Of a stretch of DNA of 22,226 nucleotides, positions 16,301-22,226 are shown piece after piece (the stretch's first letter is position 1; every line of letters starts with the position of its first letter). The notes below the pieces were generated by a model. The model searched no databases and was not told the origin of the DNA. It saw only the letters and a program-made list of their open reading frames with translations. Source of the stretch: Candidatus Sumerlaeia bacterium (GTDB taxonomy: Bacteria; Sumerlaeota; Sumerlaeia; SLMS01); NCBI GenBank assembly GCA_038208905.1, contig JBBQYG010000056.1, positions 1-22,226 of the forward strand, read 5' to 3'. Position numbers and translations under genes: made by a program.

Positions 16301-17002
16301 CTGGCGCAGCACCAGCAGGCGCTTCTGAAGCCGCCCCAGCCGGCGCCGCATCCGCCGGTGGCGTATCGCCTTGCGGGCTTGTCTATACAGTGAATTGCAG
16401 GCGCGCTGCACCTCGGTGATGATGTCGAACAGGCGAAGGAGGTCTTCCTCCGTGCGGACCAGCTTTCGCATCGTTTCTTCGCGGCGCGCCTTATAGCGGG
16501 AAATGCCCGCGGCTTCCTCGAAGAGTTCACGGCGCTCCGTCGGCTTGGCGCCCACGATCTGGCCGATCTGGCCCTGCTCGATGATCGAATAGCCGTCCGC
16601 GCCCAGGCCCGTATCCAGGAAGAGTTCGTGTACGTCCCTCATGCGGGCCTTCTGCTTGTTGATCATATACTCCGCGTCGCCGTCGGTAAACAGGCGCCGG
16701 GTCACCATCACCTCGCTCTGGTCAACCTTCAGGTAGCCGGGCTCGTTGTTGACGATCAGGTTGACCTGGGAAAAGTGCGCCGACTTCAGCGACGCCGAGC
16801 CCCGAAACACCACGTCGCCCATCTTGGCCCCACGGAGCGACTTGGCGCTCGTCTCTCCCAGCACCCACCGGATCGCGTCGAGCACGTTGGACTTACCGCA
16901 GCCATTGGGCCCCACCACGATGGTAATGCCGGGGAGGAAATCGATGGCGGTCTTGTGGGCGAAGGACTTGAAGCCGTGCAGCTCGAGGCGCTTGAGGAAC
17001 AT
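13316..17002 (-). CDS. smc: Chromosome segregation protein SMC (1228 codons), interrupted by one in-frame TAG at 15392-15394
   Basis: N-terminal head: MFLKRLELHGFKSFA, Walker A GPNGCGKSN, Q-loop IIEQG, FEEAAG. Hinge motifs: EVALGGSLQ, GRATFLPL, VSLDGE...GVLTGGS. C-terminal: GAVN, signature MSGGE, Walker B/D-loop ILDEIDAPLD, and ITHNK. The two ORF-track pieces (15392..17593 and 13316..15376) are in the same frame. Confidence 0.95.
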
Positions 17003-17110
17003 GGAGAACAATCCGCAGGAGCAGGTGACGCGGCCGCGAAGCCGCGCAAGCGATGACGTACAACGAAGGGTGACACGCCCGGCCGAACAGTGGCAATCCG
17101 AATCCCGGGG

Positions 17111-17205
17111 TGTTGGGAAGCTGTGGATAACTTGGGGGCCTCCGGTGGATTTCGCACATCCGATTTTCCCACAGCTTGCACCGTGAATCGCGTGAAATCC
17201 CCACA
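17111..17205. promoter_or_regulatory. DnaA-box cluster upstream of smc
   Basis: Perfect TGTGGATAA (17122-17130, equal to TTATCCACA on the minus strand). Inverted partner TTTCCCACA (17165-17173) has 2 mismatches. Boxes with 3 mismatches lie at 17111-17119, 17144-17152, 17150-17158 and 17197-17205. Confidence 0.65.
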
Positions 17206-17276
17206 CCCGGATTGACCCCCCGGCGGGTTTCGGGCCTGCTCGTCCAGTCGCCTGTGGCGAGGAATGGAGAACGGAT

Positions 17277-19541
17277 ATGGGTGCGATTTCAGGGTGGATG
17301 CGTGCGGCTGGGGCAGGTGCGGCGGTTCTGGCGGCGATCATGGGAACGGCCCAATCGGGGCCGCCCCCGCGCGAGGCCAACACGACGCTGCTGATCGACG
17401 AGCTGCCGCGCGCGGCCTTTGATCCCAAGACCTTCGAGTTCTTCGTCCTCAATCCCTTCGTCACCGTCTCCCATGCCCTTGTGGAGATGCCCACCCCCGA
17501 TCTTCGATTTGTACAAGTCCAGCGCGCCGGAAACGTCGGCGTGCGGTTCGGCGACCAGATTCGCCTCGGCGCCTTTCTGTCTATCAGTGCCATGGTGAAT
17601 ACCGAGGGCGAGTTGGGCTTAATGGACGTCGCTTTCGCCGCGGACTACGCCACGACCGGCGTATTCTATGGCATGTACCATACCGCCAGCACGCCGACCT
17701 TTACCCGCATATGCCGGTTTACCAAGGCAGATCCCCTGGGAACGCGCGACGGCGCGGCAGCGGAGGAGTTGCTGATCCAGTTCGAGACCGCGGGAACTGT
17801 CAACCCCGGCGGCGATCTGGAGTTCGGCCCCGACGGCCTTCTTTATGCCACCATCGGCGACGGCGGCGGGGGAGCCTCCGTCGGCGGCGCCCGCGCCCAG
17901 AATACGCAGAACTACCACGGCAAGGTGCTCCGCATCGACGTGACCGGAACGCCAGACGAGGGCTTGGCCTACCACATTCCCGCAAGCAATCCCTTCGTGG
18001 CGCCGCGCACCGACGGCAAAACCGGCCTGCCGGAAATCTATGCCTGGGGGTTCCGCAATCCCAAGGGCCTCGCCTTCGATCCCACCAGCGGCAACGCCAT
18101 CGTCTGTGATCTGGGCGAGTCCCGCGCCGACGAGGTGAACTTTCTCACCCTCGGCGGCAACTATGGATGGCCGGTCATGGAGGGCGAGGAGTGCTTCCCC
18201 GCCGGCGGCTACAACTGCGCCTTCTTCGAATACCAGTTTCCCCTCCTCTCCCTCCCCCACGGCGGCACGGGGCGAAAGCTCGGTCCCGGCATCTACTATA
18301 CCGGTTCCCAGCACCCAGAGCTCTACGGCGCCTATGTCTATTTCGACGAGGCGGGCGCCAAGCTGAAGGCCCTGCGCTTCGACGGCTTCCAACTCGTCGG
18401 CCCCGGCCTCCTCGCCGATACCCCCAACGGAGAGGGTATCGTCCTCCTCCAGCGCGCCGATGGTTCGCTCGCGATGTTGGAGGAAGGCACCGGCGGCGAG
18501 AACGAATACAACATCGTGACACCCGCCTCCGGAGCCCCCGCGCCCGACACGTTTCCGCGCCGCCTCAGCGAGCTGCCCGCGCTGCTCGCCGCCGCCAGCG
18601 GCCTCGGCCATGAAGTCCCCGGAGTCATCTACTACCGCCCCAGCGCCCAGCTCTGGTCCGACAACGCGCGCAAGGAACGGTACGTCGCCATGCCCGGCCT
18701 CGGCCAGATCGGCTTCCGCGAGGAGAACGGCTGGGACTTTCCCGAGGAAACCGTACTTATCAAGAACTTCGCCCTGCCGCTGGATGATCGCCACACCACG
18801 GCGAGCGCCGTCCGCATCGAGACGCGCGTGATGCTTCGCAAGGATGGCCAGTGGAACGGCTTCAGCTACGAGTGGAACGCCGACCAGACTGACGCGATCC
18901 TCCTGAACACCGGCAAGGACCGCGCCTACCAGATCACCAACTCGGATGGCGACACCGTCGATTATGCCTGGCGCTACCCCAGCCGGACGGATTGCATGAC
19001 CTGCCACACGCAGGTCGCCAATCGCGTCCTTGGCCTCAACACCGCCGCCATGAATTTCGAGATCGCCCACCCTGGGGATGGGGAAACACAGAACCAGATC
19101 GAGCGCCTGGAAATGCAGAGCGTCTTCGCCTCCGCCCTGCCGCGCCCCGTGGCCCAGCTGCCGCGAATGCCCGACTACATGGACGACACGCTGCCGCTGG
19201 TGCAGCGGGCCAAAGCCTATTTCGATTCCAACTGCGCCATGTGCCACCAGCCCGGCGGTCCCACCGGCGCCTCGATGGACATGCGGTGGGAGACTCCGCT
19301 CGGCGACATGTCGCTCGTGGACGTCCGTCCGATCCGCTTTTCCATCGACCCAAATTCCCGCCTCATCAAGCCCGGCGACGTCGCGAACTCCGTCGTCCAC
19401 TTACGCATGAGCAGCCGCATATCCGGCCAGGCCATGCCCCCCCTCGGCACCTCCCGCCCCGACTCGCGCGCCACCGACTTCATCGCCGCATGGATCGAGG
19501 GACTAGGCGTCGTGGATCGGACCACGTGGTTCGCATACTGA
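17277..19541 (+). CDS. Secreted GSDH (PQQ-dependent sugar dehydrogenase-like) beta-propeller fused to a diheme cytochrome c domain
   Basis: GGAGA SD and a signal-peptide-like N-terminus. Propeller motifs EGELGLMDVAF, GGDLEFGPDGLLYATIGDGG, GKVLRID, IPASNPF, EIYAWGFRNP and GGNYGWP. The C-domain has LWSDNARKERY, FPEETVLIKNF, RIETR, two CxxCH (CMTCH, CAMCH) and MPPLG. Confidence 0.88.
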   Translation: MGAISGWMRAAGAGAAVLAAIMGTAQSGPPPREANTTLLIDELPRAAFDPKTFEFFVLNPFVTVSHALVEMPTPDLRFVQVQRAGNVGVRFGDQIRLGAFLSISAMVNTEGELGLMDVAFAADYATTGVFYGMYHTASTPTFTRICRFTKADPLGTRDGAAAEELLIQFETAGTVNPGGDLEFGPDGLLYATIGDGGGGASVGGARAQNTQNYHGKVLRIDVTGTPDEGLAYHIPASNPFVAPRTDGKTGLPEIYAWGFRNPKGLAFDPTSGNAIVCDLGESRADEVNFLTLGGNYGWPVMEGEECFPAGGYNCAFFEYQFPLLSLPHGGTGRKLGPGIYYTGSQHPELYGAYVYFDEAGAKLKALRFDGFQLVGPGLLADTPNGEGIVLLQRADGSLAMLEEGTGGENEYNIVTPASGAPAPDTFPRRLSELPALLAAASGLGHEVPGVIYYRPSAQLWSDNARKERYVAMPGLGQIGFREENGWDFPEETVLIKNFALPLDDRHTTASAVRIETRVMLRKDGQWNGFSYEWNADQTDAILLNTGKDRAYQITNSDGDTVDYAWRYPSRTDCMTCHTQVANRVLGLNTAAMNFEIAHPGDGETQNQIERLEMQSVFASALPRPVAQLPRMPDYMDDTLPLVQRAKAYFDSNCAMCHQPGGPTGASMDMRWETPLGDMSLVDVRPIRFSIDPNSRLIKPGDVANSVVHLRMSSRISGQAMPPLGTSRPDSRATDFIAAWIEGLGVVDRTTWFAY

Positions 19542-19680
19542 GGGATGGACAGCAGGGATGAAAAGCAGGGATGAGGGATAAGGCATGGGATGAACGGGCT
19601 TTATTTCGTATATACATATATCCGTCAGCCACCGTTCGCCACCAGCCCTTGATCCCTCATCCCTCATCCCTGCCTTTCAG
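19539..19680. repeat. Inverted arrays of TGAGGGA/AGGGATG heptamers between convergent genes (possible bidirectional terminator)
   Basis: AGGGATG-type units on the left (19541-19593) and TCCCTCA units on the right (19646-19673). They include a perfect 15-bp inverted repeat, GCAGGGATGAGGGAT (19565-19579)/ATCCCTCATCCCTGC (19659-19673). Confidence 0.75.
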
Positions 19681-21519
19681 CTTCCTCCACAGCGTCGTCG
19701 GATTAATCCCCAGGATCTTCGCCGCCTGCCGCTGGTTGCCGCCGCAGCTTTCGAGCACCGACTTGATGTGGCGCATCTCCAGATCGGCGAGGCTGAGGTT
19801 GAGGGGATAGCTGATCGCGTCCCCGGTCGCCTTGGCCCGGCGCGGCACCGTGGAGCGGGCGCGGCGCAGGCGGGCGACTTCCTCGAGGTATAGGCTCGAC
19901 TGGCTACCCATGACGGCGGCGCGCTGAACCAGGTTCTCGAGTTCCCGGACATTGCCGGGCCAGTCGTACTCCATCAGCGCGCGAAGGTCCTCCGCGGGAA
20001 AACGCGGTCGGCGCCCGGCTTCGTGGCGTGCGTATTTCTGGAGGAAGAAATCCACCAGCAACGGCACATCCTCGCTCCGCTCGCGCAGGGGCGGTATCTC
20101 GATGGGGATCACCTTCAGGAGATAGAACAGGTCCTCGCGAAACGTGCCCGCGCGGACGGCAGAGGATAGGTCGCGATTCGTGGCGGAGATCACCCGCACG
20201 TCCAGCTTCACCTCGGAGGTTCCTCCCATGGGGACGAAGCCGCCCTCGCGCATCGCCCTCAGCAGGCGCCCCTGCATGCGCGGCGTCAGATCGGCGACCT
20301 CGTCCAGGAACACCGCTCCGCCGCGGGCGGATTCCAGCGCGCCGAGTTTTCGCGCGCGGGCTCCTGTGAAGGCGCCCTTCTCGTGTCCAAAAAGCTCGCT
20401 CTCCAAGTCCGCTTCCGACACGGCGGAACAGTTGACCACCGCAAACGGATCGGCGCGCCGCGAGGAGTTCAGGGCGATGAGTTGCCCCAGCAGCTCCTTG
20501 CCCGTGCCGCTCTCTCCGCGGATCAGCACCGGCGCGTCCGCCGCCGCCGCCACACGGGCGTGGCGCATCACGCGGAGCATCTCCGCGCTGCGCCCCACGA
20601 TGGCGGGTCCGCCTGGCGGCGACTCCTGCTCGCTCGCGCTGAGCTGGAAAATGGGAAGCGCGCCCTCCTCCACATCCACAAACCGGATTGCCAGCGACGG
20701 AGATCCCGAGTCTCGGAAGATACCCTCCCGCTCATAGATGAAGCTGAGATTGTGAATCGCCGACGGATTCGCCGGAGAGCGCTTGAGCACCCACGTCAGA
20801 TGCTGGATCGCATCCTCCAGCATGCCGTTCTCATAGCAGGCGATGCCCAGATTGTTGTGGGCGTTGATGCGGTCCTCCTCCAGCGGCGAGATCTCCGTCA
20901 CGCGCGTCAGGTGGCCGATGGCCTCGATGTAGCTGCGCGAGACGATCGCCACCTCGGCTAGTCGCTGAAGCGCGGTCACGTTCTCTGGCCGGTGGAGGAG
21001 CGCCTGCTCCAGCCACGCCCGCGCCTGACGCATGTCCTCCAGCTCGCGGTGGACCTGTCCCAGGTAGAGGCATACTTCGCAGAGGAATTCTTCCTGCGAC
21101 TTGAACAGCAGCCCCAGATAGAATCGGCCCGACTGAATCGCCGGGGGTGCATCGAGCAGCGAGCGGAAGCGCTCGATCACGCGCGACGGCTGCCCCGTGC
21201 GCAGCGAGAGGATCGCGATGTTGTAGGCAACTTCCGGGAGCGCCGCGCCGACGCGCTCCGCGCGTTCATAGAACTCCAGCGCCCTCGGCCCATCCCCCGC
21301 GTGCAGGTGGCAATGCCCGCACGCCGCCAGCAGCGCGGGCCGATCCGGCGACGTTAGCAACAGCGACTGAAACCGCCGCCGCGCGCCGTCATAGTCTTCT
21401 TCGCAGAAAAGGCGCACGCCTTCCAGCCACCCGTGGGCAAACTCGGGTGGCTCGGCCCCTGCCCCCTCGCCGGGGGCGGGTCGTTCGCTGGGTGTCTGTC
21501 GCCAGGCGCTGCGGTCCAC
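19657..21519 (-). CDS. Sigma54-dependent enhancer-binding protein with N-terminal TPR repeats
   Basis: Several TPR-like units (for example AHNNLGIACYENGMLEDAIQHL and AIHNLSFIY). These are followed by GESGTGKE, ESELFGHEKGAFTGA, VFLDEVA, FREDLFY, WPGNVRELEN and HTH GGNQRQAAKILGI. GTG start uncertain. Confidence 0.9.
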   Translation of the reverse strand: MDRSAWRQTPSERPAPGEGAGAEPPEFAHGWLEGVRLFCEEDYDGARRRFQSLLLTSPDRPALLAACGHCHLHAGDGPRALEFYERAERVGAALPEVAYNIAILSLRTGQPSRVIERFRSLLDAPPAIQSGRFYLGLLFKSQEEFLCEVCLYLGQVHRELEDMRQARAWLEQALLHRPENVTALQRLAEVAIVSRSYIEAIGHLTRVTEISPLEEDRINAHNNLGIACYENGMLEDAIQHLTWVLKRSPANPSAIHNLSFIYEREGIFRDSGSPSLAIRFVDVEEGALPIFQLSASEQESPPGGPAIVGRSAEMLRVMRHARVAAAADAPVLIRGESGTGKELLGQLIALNSSRRADPFAVVNCSAVSEADLESELFGHEKGAFTGARARKLGALESARGGAVFLDEVADLTPRMQGRLLRAMREGGFVPMGGTSEVKLDVRVISATNRDLSSAVRAGTFREDLFYLLKVIPIEIPPLRERSEDVPLLVDFFLQKYARHEAGRRPRFPAEDLRALMEYDWPGNVRELENLVQRAAVMGSQSSLYLEEVARLRRARSTVPRRAKATGDAISYPLNLSLADLEMRHIKSVLESCGGNQRQAAKILGINPTTLWRKLKGRDEG

Positions 21520-21574
21520 GGGTTGTCGGGCTCCCGCGCGATGTCATGCACGGGGACCCGCGATGTGGAAACCC

Positions 21575-22226
21575 CTATTTGTCCTCGGTGCCCTGTGCTT
21601 CGCTTTCCATCGGCACATCGTCCCACCCGCCGCCCATTGCCTTGTACACCGAGACGGCGGCGCGGGTCAGGGTCGCTTCCACGCCGGCCAGGTTCCGTTC
21701 CGAATCCAGTAGGTTGCGGTCCGAATCCAACACGTCGAAGAAGTCGATCAGGCCCTGGGTGAAGAGGTCGTTGGAGAGCTTGGACGCGCGCTGGTAGGCC
21801 TCCACGGCGCGCGCGAGGGCGTCGCGGCGCTGGCGTTCTGTATTGAGGAGCACGAGGGCATTCTCGACCTCCTCCAGCGCGTTGAGCACCGTCTGGTCAT
21901 AGCGCGCCAAGGCCTGTTCCTGACGGGCCCCCGCGGCACGAAGTCGTGCGCGGAGCTCGCCGGCATTGAAGAGCGGGATGGAAACCGACGGACCGAAGGC
22001 CCACGTGCGGCTTGTGCCCGTGGAGAGGTCGGAGAGGTCCGACGTCGCCAGGCCCAAGTTTCCGCCGAAGACAAAGCGGGGGTACAGGTCGCCCTTGGCC
22101 ACGCCGGTGCGGGCGGTGGCGGCGGCCAGTTCGCGCTCGGCGCGCCGGATGTCCGGGCGGCGGCGCAGCATGTCCGCGGGCGGCTGGATCGCCAGCGTCG
22201 CGGGAACGGCGGGGATCGCGGTGGGG
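21575..22226 (-). CDS. Outer-membrane efflux channel (NodT/OprM/TolC family), 5' part beyond window
   Basis: Motifs PADMLRRRPDIRRAERELAAATARTGVAKGDLYP, YDQTVLNALEEVENAL and VYKAMGGGW. The frame is open to the window edge. Confidence 0.93.
   Translation of the reverse strand, partial: PTAIPAVPATLAIQPPADMLRRRPDIRRAERELAAATARTGVAKGDLYPRFVFGGNLGLATSDLSDLSTGTSRTWAFGPSVSIPLFNAGELRARLRAAGARQEQALARYDQTVLNALEEVENALVLLNTERQRRDALARAVEAYQRASKLSNDLFTQGLIDFFDVLDSDRNLLDSERNLAGVEATLTRAAVSVYKAMGGGWDDVPMESEAQGTEDK

Noticed and set aside
17184..17199. parS site
   Set aside because: Only 11/16 match to TGTTTCACGTGAAACA with one poor half-site, so it is not called as a feature.
17003..17593. 197-aa N-terminal extension of SMC in the ORF track
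   Set aside because: The conserved SMC start MFLKRLEL is at 17002. The extension overlaps the DnaA boxes and the divergent gene.
226..19400. Many long overlapping or antisense ORFs (for example 226..1611+, 7795..9633+, 9471..11261+, 11456..12712+, 13007..15364+, 17619..19400-)
   Set aside because: They lie opposite well-supported genes, are Arg/His/Ala-rich without motifs, and are expected from stop-codon scarcity in high-GC DNA.
19603..19630. dif/pdif site (ATTTCGTATAT resembles a XerC arm)
   Set aside because: The would-be XerD arm (ATCCGTCAGCC) matches TTATGTTAAAT at only about 4 of 11 positions.

Overview
High-GC (roughly two-thirds G+C by eye), gene-dense chromosomal segment from a diderm bacterium. 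It is mostly housekeeping, envelope and regulatory genes. In order: GT87-like glycosyltransferase (cut by the left edge), MATE transporter, ExeA/ExeB-like secretion accessory pair, pteridine-reductase-like SDR, PSP1/RicT protein, an operon of GAF-GAF histidine kinase, sigma54 response regulator and MoaD-like sulfur carrier, a deleted and frameshifted DUF2442 antitoxin remnant, an HD-hydrolase/CoaD-like nucleotidyltransferase fusion, a small lipoprotein, smc, a secreted GSDH beta-propeller plus diheme cytochrome c protein, a TPR-sigma54 activator, and an outer-membrane efflux channel (cut by the right edge). I see no rRNA, tRNA, CRISPR array, transposase or phage gene, and no clear multi-gene novel system. 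The most notable points are: (1) a single in-frame TAG inside the smc hinge, which may be a sequencing error; (2) a DnaA-box cluster upstream of smc; (3) the HD + adenylyltransferase fusion with non-canonical CoaD motifs; (4) complementary basic and acidic patches at the SMC joint; (5) a GSDH domain apparently lacking its catalytic His, with a W-x-x-Y C-terminal tail; (6) several REP-like and short-tandem repeats in intergenic regions, two of which share an AT-rich 11-mer. All family calls come from motifs recognised by eye, not from database searches.
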